A stretch of DNA of 63,686 nt, the filler included, from Cirrosporium novae-zelandiae (lineage: Eukaryota): NCBI GenBank assembly GCA_026023565.1. It is 14 parts of 14 records of this genome, joined end to end, with 100 filler letters (N's around TTAATTAATTAA, not from the genome) between each part and the next. Parts side by side here need not be neighbours in the genome. Positions count along the whole stretch, not along the records: positions 22,831 to 24,972 come from JAPETS010000108.1; positions 25,073 to 27,198 come from JAPETS010000109.1; positions 27,299 to 29,318 come from JAPETS010000110.1; positions 29,419 to 30,652 come from JAPETS010000111.1; positions 30,753 to 31,824 come from JAPETS010000112.1; positions 31,925 to 63,686 come from JAPETS010000084.1; 8 more parts are not named here. One strand, written 5' to 3'. Position 1 is the first letter of the stretch, and every line of letters begins with the position of its first letter. Shown in pieces: positions 23,920-34,800 of this stretch. A program made the translations under genes and the position numbers. The notes under the pieces are model-generated. The model had not been told where the DNA came from, made no database searches, and saw nothing but the letters and a program-made list of their open reading frames with translations.

Positions 23920-25142
23920 ATCTTTGATCAAGATATCATAAGGTACAATGAACTAGAATATGATGGATGATCTACACACGGGATAGACTAGATGATGAAG
24001 AGGATGATGGGTAGAAAGACAATGAGAGAAAGCTTTAGGGAAGAAATTTGCGGGCTTATAGATTGATTGAACATAGAGATTGTCTGAAGAAACAAGCTCG
24101 AGCGGACAAATGCTATCTCGTGGAATATTTAAAAATGGACATCAGGTAGACAAATTTCAAAGAGATCGTATCAAGAAGGTGGGTAAAATGGCGAAATAAT
24201 ATGACACAAGATGTTTGATCCGGATTGTGGACCTTTGCTTTTAGACAAACGCTACATTGGAGTCACTAACACTTTCTAACTTAGCCAACTCCGCCTCATC
24301 ATCGGGTCTTTGTGATGTAGGCAATCCCTTGCACCTCAGATTGAAGCCACCACCCCTCTTAATTTTCGCATTGAATTTGTAAGCCGGCCAGCGAACAGCA
24401 CATAAACTAGCGCATACGAGAAGGATCTATAATAACGGTTTCAGTATTCTATTCGGATCCCTGATCTGGTCTTGAGCTTACCAAAAGAGAAGGCCGTATT
24501 CCGCCATCGATTCGGCCTCCCCAGTACAGCCCCAAAAATATTCCTGTTAAACAGGCCACCAACAGACATAGACAGGCACTGTATTGACATATTAAAAGGG
24601 GACTATGATTTTAGGAAGAAAATTTCAAGGAAACCAGAAAATAACCAATACTGATGAAAGTATATGCACTACAATCAACAAGGATCGTCATTATAAAAGC
24701 GACTTTTGATTGGATAAATGCGATACTGCATATTGGTAAATATCATCCGTGATTAGGGTGACTCAGATTGACGTACCCAAAAACAATAATTTCAAGGAAG
24801 ACTGTTAGACCCAATAATATGAAAACAGCTGACAGTTTTTTGTTAAGGCATTGGTAGGTGATATCCCAAAAAATTTTTACCTTTCGAATAATTAGCTTCA
24901 GTATATCACTATCAATGACAAAGAAGTGTCATACTTCATAGAATAACAGTATTGGTGTGTAAACTAGTAACANNNNNNNNNNNNNNNNNNNNNNNNNNNN
25001 NNNNNNNNNNNNNNNNTTAATTAATTAANNNNNNNNNNNNNNNNNNNNNNNNNNNNNNNNNNNNNNNNNNNNCCCCCCCCCCCCTCCAAGGCCCCACGTC
25101 GAAAGCAGGATGCTTCGTCTGCTCTTTTTTGTTTCAACGATC

Positions 25143-25185
25143 ACCCCCGCTCCTCAGCATTACTGCTGAGGTAGCGGGGGGGGGT
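25143..25185. repeat. GC-rich palindrome CCCCGCT-CCTCAGCA..TGCTGAGG-TAGCGGGG, second copy at ~27137-27180
   Basis: Inverted repeat seen directly, present near both contig ends. Confidence 0.85.
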
Positions 25186-25410
25186 CAAAAAAAAAAGCAG
25201 CCGGGGGCTAGGTGGGTAGTTTTCTCTTTTTTTCTCTTTTATTTTTTTTGTTTTTTTTTATTAGAAAAAAAATATAAAACTCAGGGAGGGGAGGGGGAAC
25301 AGGAGCAGAAAAATATTTAATATCAAACACTTAGGAACTTAATTACTAATTAAGAAAGGAAAGTTCCAATTGTCAGATTGGATCATATAATAAGATCCAT
25401 ACTGACTTAA

Positions 25411-25483
25411 GCTCGTGAAGCTCAATTGGTTGAGCAAAATATTGAAGCTATTTAGGTTATAAGTTCGAATCTTATCTCGAGCA
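25411..25483 (+). tRNA. trnF: mt tRNA-Phe (GAA)
   Basis: Acceptor GCTCGTG/CTCGAGC, anticodon arm AAATA-TTGAAGC-TATTT, T loop TTCGAAT. Confidence 0.92.
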
Positions 25484-25691
25484 TGTACATATATGTGTGT
25501 ACAATCTTTTAACTCTTTTTAATAAGTAATAGTACAAGTGTGTTTATGCTTCTACTATTACTACAATAATCAATGAAAGCAATATCCGATTATTGCTATA
25601 AAAGATTCTTCTTAGCCCTAGCCCCTTTTTTTTTTAAAAAAAGGGGCTTGTACAGAGTCGTACGGAGTCGCGAACAAAAAAAAAGGGCTTA

Positions 25692-25773
25692 AAGGTAGTG
25701 ATGGAATTGGTAGACATGAATAGCTTAGGACTATTTGATTAAAATCTTATCCGTTCAAGTCGGATTTACCTTA
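25692..25773 (+). tRNA. trnL: mt tRNA-Leu (TAG)
   Basis: Acceptor AAGGTAG/TTACCTT, anticodon arm AATAG-CTTAGGA-CTATT, long variable arm, TTCAAGT. Confidence 0.9.
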
Positions 25774-25882
25774 CGTAGTTATAAATAACAACTCGGCCCC
25801 TACCGACTAAGTTTATGCAGAAGCCCCTCCTTTAACTTCGTCGATTAACTTCGTAGGGGGTGCTCGACTCGCCTCTACAGGG

Positions 25883-25952
25883 TACGGAGTACGGAGTACG
25901 GAGTATGGAGTACGGAGTACGGAGTACGGAGTACGGAGTACGGAGTACGGAG
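25883..25952 (+). repeat. Heptamer tandem repeat (TACGGAG)x10
   Basis: Ten units, one variant TATGGAG. Confidence 0.95.
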
Positions 25953-26016
25953 TACCGAAGGGAGGGGGGGGGGGTACTTGCATGCTCCTATGAAATATAG
26001 CCTAAAAAGATATAAA

Positions 26017-26089
26017 TATGTTGTAGACTAACCGGTAAGTCCTAAATTTTTGGTATTTATTATTGAGTGTTCGAGTCACTCCAACATAA
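26017..26089 (+). tRNA. trnQ: mt tRNA-Gln (TTG)
   Basis: Acceptor TATGTTG/CAACATA, anticodon arm TAAAT-TTTTGGT-ATTTA, TTCGAGT. Confidence 0.92.
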
Positions 26090-26097
26090 TCTTCTTA

Positions 26098-26171
26098 GGT
26101 GGATATAGTTCAATAGGTAGAACAACTGTATGTGGCACAGTCTGTTCCCTGTTCGAGTCAGGGTATCCTCC
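26098..26171 (+). tRNA. trnH: mt tRNA-His (GTG)
   Basis: Anticodon arm ACTGT-ATGTGGC-ACAGT, T arm CCCTG-TTCGAGT-CAGGG. Confidence 0.92.
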
Positions 26172-26178
26172 TTTTTAC

Positions 26179-26251
26179 GCTAGGATAGTTCAATAGGATA
26201 GAACATTAATTTCATGCATTAAGAATGAGAATTCAAATTTCTCTCCTGGCT
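26179..26251 (+). tRNA. trnM: mt tRNA-Met (CAT)
   Basis: Acceptor GCTAGGA/TCCTGGC, anticodon arm TTAAT-TTCATGC-ATTAA. Confidence 0.88.
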
Positions 26252-26252
26252 T

Positions 26253-26410
26253 GTGTTAATTATAACTTTATTTGCTATTTTATTATCTAATGTCGTCTTT
26301 TTGAGACGAGATAAAATTATCTTATGTTCCCGTATAGCTGTTTTGCTGTTTCAATTCTCCGCATATATTGCTTATGATAGTTTATATGTTACACCTTTAA
26401 ATAATGGGTT
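26253..26410 (+). pseudogene. nad2: nad2 5' fragment (~52 codons), truncated
   Basis: VLIITLFAILLSNVVFLRRDKIILCSRIA matches the ascomycete Nad2 N-terminus (LLSNAVTLRRDKSILFNRIA type) and sits directly after trnM; similarity is lost after ..LNNG. Confidence 0.75.
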
Positions 26411-27514
26411 TGCTTGCTCTGCCCTCCCCCCCTCCTTGTGGTTTATTCCAAATATCTCCTTGTGTATATCTTTGTCTTCTTTTTATAGATCGTGAAGCTA
26501 TTAAGTTGTTGAATTACGATAAGTTATTCAAGCCTCCCCTACCTAGTGTTAAAAAAACCGCTCCGCAGAGAAAACAATCCAAGCCCCCACTCGTAGAGTG
26601 GGGGCTTTGGGGGCTTTGTGTAATGGTAAATATCTTAAATAAATTTGTGCATGCTCCTATGAAATACAGCCTAAAATCTATATTCTTTTCTTTACGGTTT
26701 AAGTTTTATTTTTTTTTTATCTTTATAGTATAGTAATTAATCAAAAATTTTCTTTATTTGTTTATTGACTCCGTAGTGGGTGCTTATTTAAGCTTAATAT
26801 TCCAACCGGTGTTTTCTATATTTAGTGGTTTATTATTATCTGTTGCTTTGTGTTTATGGGTATTCTATGTCTTTCCTGCGAACAGGGATATTTTCCTATT
26901 CTTGTTATATTTAGCACTCTTTCTGTTTTTAGTCTTAGCTGGTTTTGTTCTTATAGCCCCTTTTTCTGCGGAGCGGTTTTTTTTTAGTGTTTGTTTTTTT
27001 TCTGCGGAGCGGTTTTTTTTTTTAACAAGAAAAAACTGCTCCGCGCTCCGCGCTTCGCGCTCCGCACTAGCCCCCCAAAATTTCTTTGGGGGCTAGGGGC
27101 TTAAAGGATTCTTAGGTTTATATAATCTTTTAATATCCCCCCTCCTCAGCATTACTGCTGAGGTAGCGGGGGGGGGGGGGCAAAAAAAAACAAGCAAANN
27201 NNNNNNNNNNNNNNNNNNNNNNNNNNNNNNNNNNNNNNNNNNTTAATTAATTAANNNNNNNNNNNNNNNNNNNNNNNNNNNNNNNNNNNNNNNNNNNNTA
27301 AATATAATTTTCAACTGCTAGGCAAAATATTCTGCTTGCTGCACCATCTTACAGATTTGACACTTCTTAAAGTGGGAGAGAAGAAGTCTGGAAGCAGAAA
27401 TTCAAAAGAGAGTCGCGCGACTTTTCAGAAATCCTAGAAAACAGAAACCCTAGGAAAGTAGAAATCCCAGGATAATAGAAACCCCAAGGCAACAAAAACC
27501 TTAAGGCAGAAGAG

Positions 27515-27769
27515 GTCCTAGGGGAACAAAAGTCCTAGGGGAACAAAAGTCCTAGGGGAACAAAAGTCCTAGGGGAACAGAGGTCCTAGGGGAACAAAAG
27601 TCCTAGGGGAACAGAGGTCCTAGGGGAACAGAGGTCCTAGGGGAACAGAGGTCCTAGGGGAACAAAAGTCCTAGGGGAACAGAGGTCCTAGGGGAACAAA
27701 AGTCCTAGGGGAACAAAAGCCCTAGGGGAACAGAGGTCCTAGGGGAACAAAAGCCCTAGGGGAACAAAA
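27515..27769 (+). repeat. 17-bp minisatellite (GTCCTAGGGGAACA[AAA/GAG])x15, with degenerate flanking units from ~27428
   Basis: 15 units counted; each has a palindromic CCTAGG core. Confidence 0.95.
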
Positions 27770-27829
27770 ACCTTAAGGCAGAAGAAGTCCTAGGGGGAAC
27801 ACGAAATTAGAAAGCCCTTATTACAAAAC

Positions 27830-28170
27830 GCATTCCTTGGAGAACCAAGGAAGAGGTAAGGGTAAGTCACAGGGCCCTTGCCCCCAAGCGCTATTCTTGG
27901 AGCATAGAAGAAGAGTAGGGTCAATAAACCCCTACCCCCAGCCGCTGTTCTTGGAATACAGAAGAAGGGTGGGGTCAAAGAACCCCTACACCAAAGTGCT
28001 GCTCTTGGAGTACGGAAGGGTAGGGTCAATAAACCCCTACCCCAAGCGCCGTCCTGGAATACAGAAGAAAGGTAGGGTCACAAAGCCCTTGCTCTCAAAT
28101 GCTGTTCTTGGAGTACAGAAGAAGGGTGGGGTTAATGTAAGCGCCGTTCTTGGAATATAGACGAAGGGTA
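27830..28170 (+). repeat. ~54-bp degenerate tandem repeats with an internal hairpin (GTAGGG..CCCTAC)
   Basis: About 6-7 units seen directly. Confidence 0.85.
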
Positions 28171-28754
28171 GGATCATTATCTCAAGGCGCCATGCCTGGA
28201 GGCCAGGGGGAGAGATCGGGTCATAGGAAAAGAGAATCCCCAGAGGAATAGAAAGCAAGACTGAGATTAGAAAATATTGCGTGATTTGAAGGTGGGCGAA
28301 GCGCCCACGAAAAATTCTGCTCCAACCAGAGCGAGCGTATAGTAAATATCAAATAAAATAGCATTGTAAATAGGATATTGCCGTAAATATAAAAGTTAGC
28401 CCAGTAAAAATCTAAAAGTGGTAAATCTCATTTTAAAGCGCCGGCGCTTAAGTTGAATGTGATGTGGTTATTGGGCGGGATCCCAGTTGTGATGCCTTAA
28501 TTGAATAGTGGCCACCAGCTTTCAAAGTACTAGGTGATAATGGGTCCCTGTTCTGCTATTACTCATGTAATACAAAGTGGAATAAAGTTATGTTTTGATT
28601 AAAACGGCATTTATGTAATTAATGAATGATCCACCACCAAAAATACGCCGTACTACAGAGTACTCTAAAGCGGAAACCACTTAAGTACTTGCTACTAACC
28701 TCTGCATTGTCGGCATGTATGCCTGATCTCAAAATCTTTTACCACTCCTAGCTT

Positions 28755-29318
28755 ATGGCTGAGCTCTCTGCCAGCAATCTCGAGGCGATCAAGACTCTTC
28801 CTATCAAAGATGAGCTTACTCTTTTCTGTACTAAATCGAAATCGAAATACTTTAACTCCCATGCCAGCTTTGAGGAGGCCATCGATCAAGTCTTACGCGA
28901 CAAATCCAGCTCAAGTACGTAACAACTCTCGGATTGACGACACAACTAATGAATTGTAGATGGGAAAGATCTAGTGCTTGATCTTATTTTGGCCCTTCAA
29001 AATTCGTTGGTGACCAGACCTTTTATTGGTGATCTTTTCCGCCTTGGATCACAGGTTACCTCAAATACAGTTAACCTTGAAATTTTTGCCGCTCTCCTGA
29101 AGTCTGTCTTCATCGATACCGAAGATACGGAAATATGGGCGGCTTTTATTTATCTTATTACCCAGACAAGGCCGGCTCCACAGCCAAGAACCCCTCCACC
29201 GTCTCTTCCATCCTTCGTATCCTCCGTTCAGCAAACACCATGGTCCTTCAACACAAGCCAATTTGCGAACACATCCGAATTTAGAGAACATGTTGATCCT
29301 ATACTCAAGTCGGAGATG
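28755..29318 (+). CDS. FunK1 kinase gene 5' part, intact copy (intron ~28915-28959)
   Basis: MAELSASNLEAIKTLPIKDEL...QQTPWSFNTSQFANTSEFREHVDPILKSEM; non-RIP counterpart of 10501-11065. Confidence 0.8.
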
Positions 29319-29418
29319 NNNNNNNNNNNNNNNNNNNNNNNNNNNNNNNNNNNNNNNNNNNNTTAATTAATTAANNNNNNNNNNNNNNNNNNNNNNNNNN
29401 NNNNNNNNNNNNNNNNNN

Positions 29419-30150
29419 GAAATTGAGAACTACCTTCATTACTACGAACGATACGATCTCTTGAAACTGGATTCTGAAAAACTCGAACTCGCAACATCCT
29501 ACCTTACGGACAAAGCTGCCGAAACATGGTACACGTACTGCGTAACAACGGGACAACAGTTGACGGCACCGGTTGACACCTTTAGAAAGTTCAAGGAATG
29601 GATAATTACGAATTTCGAAGACATCAACTACAACTGGGAAGCATTAGACAAATATAACAAATGCAAACAGACAGATACGGTCCGCAATTACTATATTAGA
29701 TTGAGCGAGTTGCGAACCGCGTTACCAAATACGTTGAGTGATAACGATTTTCTGAACAGCTTTAGGTTAGGACTAAAGCCAGAGATCCGGATAGAAATGG
29801 AAAAGAATATCGAAACTCGTACGATGACGTTGAAACAATATGCGGAACAGGCGATTGTTTACGAAGGCGTACTCAACTACGTCAAAACTCTACAGTCAGG
29901 AACAGGCACTATCAATACTTTAGGAACTACCCGCGAGGAACTCGCGACTAACAGATCATCAACAACTAAAAAGGATCCGCGTCCAAAAAAGGATTCTTCA
30001 GAATGGTCAGGATGGTGTAGACGGAATAGAGCTTGTTACTATTGCGGACGTAAGGGACATTCGCAAAAGACTTGTTACACTAAAGGGAAAGATAAAGTAA
30101 AGAAGCAGGAATCTACGGAAAGAAAGACCGAGGAAAAAAATCAAGCTTAG
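29419..30150 (+). mobile_element. gag: Ty3/Gypsy gag (partial) with CCHC zinc knuckle
   Basis: Retrotransposon gag-like core (YLTDKAAETWY, QTDTVRNYY, FRLGLKPEIR) and CYYCGRKGHSQKTC. Confidence 0.92.
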
Positions 30151-30196
30151 CCTTTACGGAGGAAACGACTAAGCTAGATCCACAGGCCTCCGTAAA
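30135..30196 (+). promoter_or_regulatory. -1 programmed ribosomal frameshift: slippery A AAA AAT plus H-type pseudoknot
   Basis: Heptamer 30135-30141 is in gag phase. Stems AGCTTAG(30144-50)/CTAAGCT(30169-75) and TTTACGGAGG(30153-62)/CCTCCGTAAA(30187-96). The -1 frame is open into the protease. Confidence 0.8.
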
Positions 30197-30652
30197 CACT
30201 CTTATCGACCCAGATGAACTAGTACAATTCATGGGTTGGGAACGAACAGATCGCTACGGACATCTTTATTCGCAAAACGCTACGGAATTATATATTTTGC
30301 GAGCCACAATATTAGCTCATAGACAGCACATACCTCTCAACATCCTTATCGACTCGGGAGCGGACTCCCAATACGTATCAAATACGATAGTTAGGAAGCT
30401 GGATCTTCCTATTACGACTCGTAAAGACGGACCAAGACGAACCCGTTTGGCCAACGGTAACTTGGAACAGATTATAGGATCCGCGACAATGAATTTACGA
30501 ATCGACGAGTACTGTGAGACTGTACAAGCTCGGGTGATTAACCTCCCTGACTTTGATATGGTTTTAGGACTGTCTTGGTTACGGAAACACGATCCGTATA
30601 TCAAATGGAGCAATATGACAATGGAGATCAGTGACGATATGAATCGCAAACA
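30141..30652 (+). mobile_element. pol: Ty3/Gypsy pol 5' part (aspartic protease)
   Basis: LIDSGA active site and DMVLGLSWL; continues into contig 1 through the 127-bp overlap. Confidence 0.93.
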
Positions 30653-30752
30653 NNNNNNNNNNNNNNNNNNNNNNNNNNNNNNNNNNNNNNNNNNNNTTAA
30701 TTAATTAANNNNNNNNNNNNNNNNNNNNNNNNNNNNNNNNNNNNNNNNNNNN

Positions 30753-30946
30753 TTTTTTTTTTTTTTTTTTTTTTTTTTTTCTTTTTTTTTTTTTTTTATA
30801 CCCCGTTCTTTTTTTTTATTTTCCCCGTTTTTGCTTTTTCGACGTTCCTACTAATTATATTTCAGATTTTTTTTTTTTTTATTTATTTTTTTGTCTATTA
30901 CTATCACTATTATTATTATTATTATTACTATTATTATTATCGTCAC

Positions 30947-30978
<32 letters not shown>

Positions 30979-31163
30979 TTTTTTCGCGTTTTTTTTTCTC
31001 CGTCCTTAATCCTATTGCTACTGTTCGTGGCGCTTTTTTTTTCAGATCTATATATCTGAAGTGTTTCTGGCGTTTTGCGGCAAACCTTTTTTTCGTATAT
31101 TCCTAAATACCTGGCCGTTCCTGTAGCGTCTGTTATAAATAATATAAAAAATATTTCGAAATT

Positions 31164-31204
<41 letters not shown>

Positions 31205-31824
31205 ATTTATTATTTTTCCAGATTTTTTTTATTCTGGTGTTTCGTTTAAACCGCCTATTTGCGTAGACCGATATTATCGTTTCCGCCCGTTCTAACAATA
31301 TTAGTGCCGTCTTTCATAAAAAGTTTTTGGTTTCGGCCCGTCGTTTCCACCGTCGGATTATAATTATCCGTCGATTAAAACGTATTACGTTATTTGATTC
31401 TCGCGCCCGTATTAATCAGTTATTATTTAAAATCAATTAATCTATTCGGTAATTAGATTAGATATTTACGGTTATTATATATATTTTTTTTATTTTCGTA
31501 CGTTTTTTGATTAATCTTGAATAATATAACGTAAATATCGATAATAATAAAAAAAAGAATAATAACGATAATATAAATTATTTTTTTTATAATTTTTTTT
31601 TTGACGACGTTTTTATGGGTACTAATATTAGTATTAATTCGGTTTCTAGAAATAATAAAAATTCTGGCGTTATTAGGAATATGGTCGGTGTTTAAATTTT
31701 TATATAATTATTAGTATTTGAGTATTTTTTATTACGGATTATATACGTCTAAAATACGTTTTTTTTTTCGATAAATATTCCGTAATTTTTAAAATCGTTA
31801 ATAAAATTTTTTTTTTTTTTTTTT
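30753..31824. repeat. Extremely AT-rich, RIP-saturated relic
   Basis: Poly-T and TAT runs, very few CpA/TpG, CpG retained; no credible ORF. Confidence 0.65.
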
Positions 31825-34800
31825 NNNNNNNNNNNNNNNNNNNNNNNNNNNNNNNNNNNNNNNNNNNNTTAATTAATTAANNNNNNNNNNNNNNNNNNNN
31901 NNNNNNNNNNNNNNNNNNNNNNNNGGGGGGGGGGGTGAGGAAAAAAAAGATATTCTCACGAGTAAGAATTGACCAGAGGGGAAAACTCGATAGGATGAGA
32001 ATTGTAGATAGTTACTACTAGAGAAGAGTTTGGACCGAAAGACGAGGCGATCCATTCTCCGCGAGCCGGAACGCGGGCACAGGGCAGCATAGTAAAATGC
32101 ACTGGGCACACGGTGGACAGAGAGGAATTGGATTGACAAAGTAGAATAATTGGTAGGAGATGATTTTTTGGAAAAAAGACATTGTATCATTGGATGCCCT
32201 TTGTTCAACATCGCGTTGGGTACACATGCAGCTGTCCCATCGCCGGTCGGAGAGAGGGGGGGGAGGAGGGGAGACATGGTGGTGGGTGCTTCTTTTTTCC
32301 TTTTTCCCTTTTCCCTTTTGTTACTTGAGTATAACCTTTTTTTTACCTCTTTTTTTACCTATACACCCATCCACCATACACTATACATAGAAAGATGTCC
32401 AGTTTTACACTTGTTTCCACGGGCTTACACCTTTTCTGTACTATAAATTCACTATATATACTCTATTTTCAATTATATAGACACCAATCAACGAACTAAG
32501 TAATCGACTAACCCCTTACAGAATTAGCGACAGTAACTGCAAAAGCCACCGGAGAGGATCCCAAAAGTCCAAAGCTTCCCAAAGAACCACCCCAAAAACA
32601 CCCAAACCCAAAGAATCAGCCCCCAAAGAGACCGCCAAAGCACCACTGAAGAACCAGCTTCAAACCACCACTGACCGTACGTACAAGCCACCTCCCATCG
32701 CAATCCTCCTAAACCTTAGCAATCGACCCCTCCGCGCTTTGGAATATTCTTACCTATCTTTGATACACACTCTCTACCTTACCGACCTTACCTGAAGGTA
32801 CCTTACTCTTACATAGTACATACTACACAATGTTCAGACGCCTAGACCCATTAGGAATACTCTCTCCGATTACCCTCTATTCTTTCCCCCCCCCCACCAA
32901 GCATTGACATTGGCATCCCTCTTTGAGCAATGCGCATGGTGTTTGATATGATTATTCAAACCGTTGAACAAATCTGAAGGAATTGTCGGAAACCCCTGTC
33001 AGATCCCAAGATCCTGTTTCCTGCGCTTCTGCCCGTTTGTCGGCCAAGCGCAATGCGTAATCCATTCACTCAGGCGCTGGAGGGCTTGGGGGGTTGCTGA
33101 GCCATGGTCATGGTCTAGATTATAATTGGATTGATTACTCTCATACAAAGGATTGGAGAACTAAGAGAGCTTCAACCCTCAGCTGGTAATCAGTGGGTAA
33201 TGATGGATTGTCATTAATACAAAAAATTATTATAAATTTTTATGGGTGCTATGAAGGAGATGTTGTTGATGATACAAGATGAGTTCATTGGTTCTTTTGA
33301 TATGTGAGGATCAGAAGAGAGAGAAAGAAAGAGAGGGACTTGAAGCCAAGAATGGAACCGGATAACCGCAACTGACGCATTCCACAATCTGCAACCTCTG
33401 TATCTTTCTCCCAGTAGCAGGCTTCCACCAAAGGAACTTTCTACCCACACCCCACCCGGCTTGTCTGTCATCCCCCCCCCCCTTCTCCCTCCCGCTTGGC
33501 CTCGTTGAAAGTGTATGGCTACGAGCGCCTGACAGGAACTGAAGGACTAGGGAAATAGTGAAGATGACCTTTATTTATTTTTTTTACTTCTTCATGGTGC
33601 GGTGCCTGCTTGCTCCTGGCATATTTTAGTATGTACTTCGGGCCTTCCTCACGAGATACACGACCTATGGAGAGAGATCTCTCAAATAAGGTTGCGTCGA
33701 AAGGAGACATGATTCTGTTTTAGTTGTACGTACAGATAACTTCAGTCTCCATTTTCGCCCTGCTACTATTCTACTATGGCAAAACGGAGACTTGATAGCC
33801 ACCCAGGTACCCTAGTGTGGCACAGTAGTACATAAGTGGACTTGTCAAATAATAGAAGAAGACAGAAAAGGCCATAATATCCATTGGGATTGACCAGTAA
33901 AGATGGATGAAACTACAGCCTCGCAATTTGGATGTTTTGGAATTTGAAGAATTCAACTGAAACAAATTAGGAAGAGAAGGCTACAGAGGCTACAGAGGCT
34001 ACAGAGGCTATCCAAGTACAAGAAGAGTCCCCGCGGTATCAAAGGCTAACAATTGCAAAGTTAAGGCCTGAGGCCCGTCCCGGGGATTCCAGAACAAAAC
34101 TAAACCTTTTTGGGTTGTCGTCTGGCTTTTCGACTTTTCTACTTTTTCTTGTTCGTTCGGATCGACATACACAGATGACCAACTTCTTCAAGCATATACG
34201 ACGAGTCCCACGACCTTGTTTTTTGTCTAAAATTTCTCAAATAGAACAGATGAGGCAGCAGTTAAAATAAAACAGTTAGTAGTCTGCTCCTTCACTACGT
34301 AAGTGTCCCTGTGTGTCTGTGTGCCTGTGTGCCTGTGTGTGTCTGTGTGTCTGTGTGTCAATGTGTATCTATGTGTGTTGCTGGATACATTTTTCCCACC
34401 AAACGTCAACAATCACATCATTTTCTTTGATACGTATACTCCCTAAAACTCCTCGCTCCCTCAATCCTCCCCCCTCTAACTCTACTCTTACTCCTACTCT
34501 AACGCTCTTGCCTCTTTTTCCTCGTACATGTAATCAAATCATTCAGCCTCAAAATACGCAAGGTAATTATCGGGACTCCCAGACCATCAAACCCAAAATA
34601 ATACCCTTATTGAAAAAATTCAACATGATCAATCCTCCAAAGTTTGTACACACAAATAACTCCACCAGATCCGATATTTCCCCTCAACCCAAAATACCGC
34701 CAATCATCACCAATCATCACCACCATTTTCTTCACCGCCACTTCCCCAATCCGGTTTGAACCATTTCCTATCTTTTTCCCCTCCAGAGATCCCTGACTGG

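Larger units (their letters stand above)
25073..27198 (+). other. Mitochondrial DNA fragment (tRNA cluster, GC-rich palindromes)
   Basis: Five mitochondrial-type tRNAs in the order F-L-Q-H-M followed by a nad2 start; AT-rich with GC clusters. Confidence 0.9.

Noticed and set aside
27515..28170. CRISPR array
   Set aside because: Tandem units without unique spacers, eukaryotic context, no cas genes.
3245..31923. Recurrent TTAATTAATTAA as a biological repeat, and gene neighbourhoods across it
   Set aside because: It is always embedded in N runs of fixed length, so it is an assembly linker; contigs are simply size-sorted.
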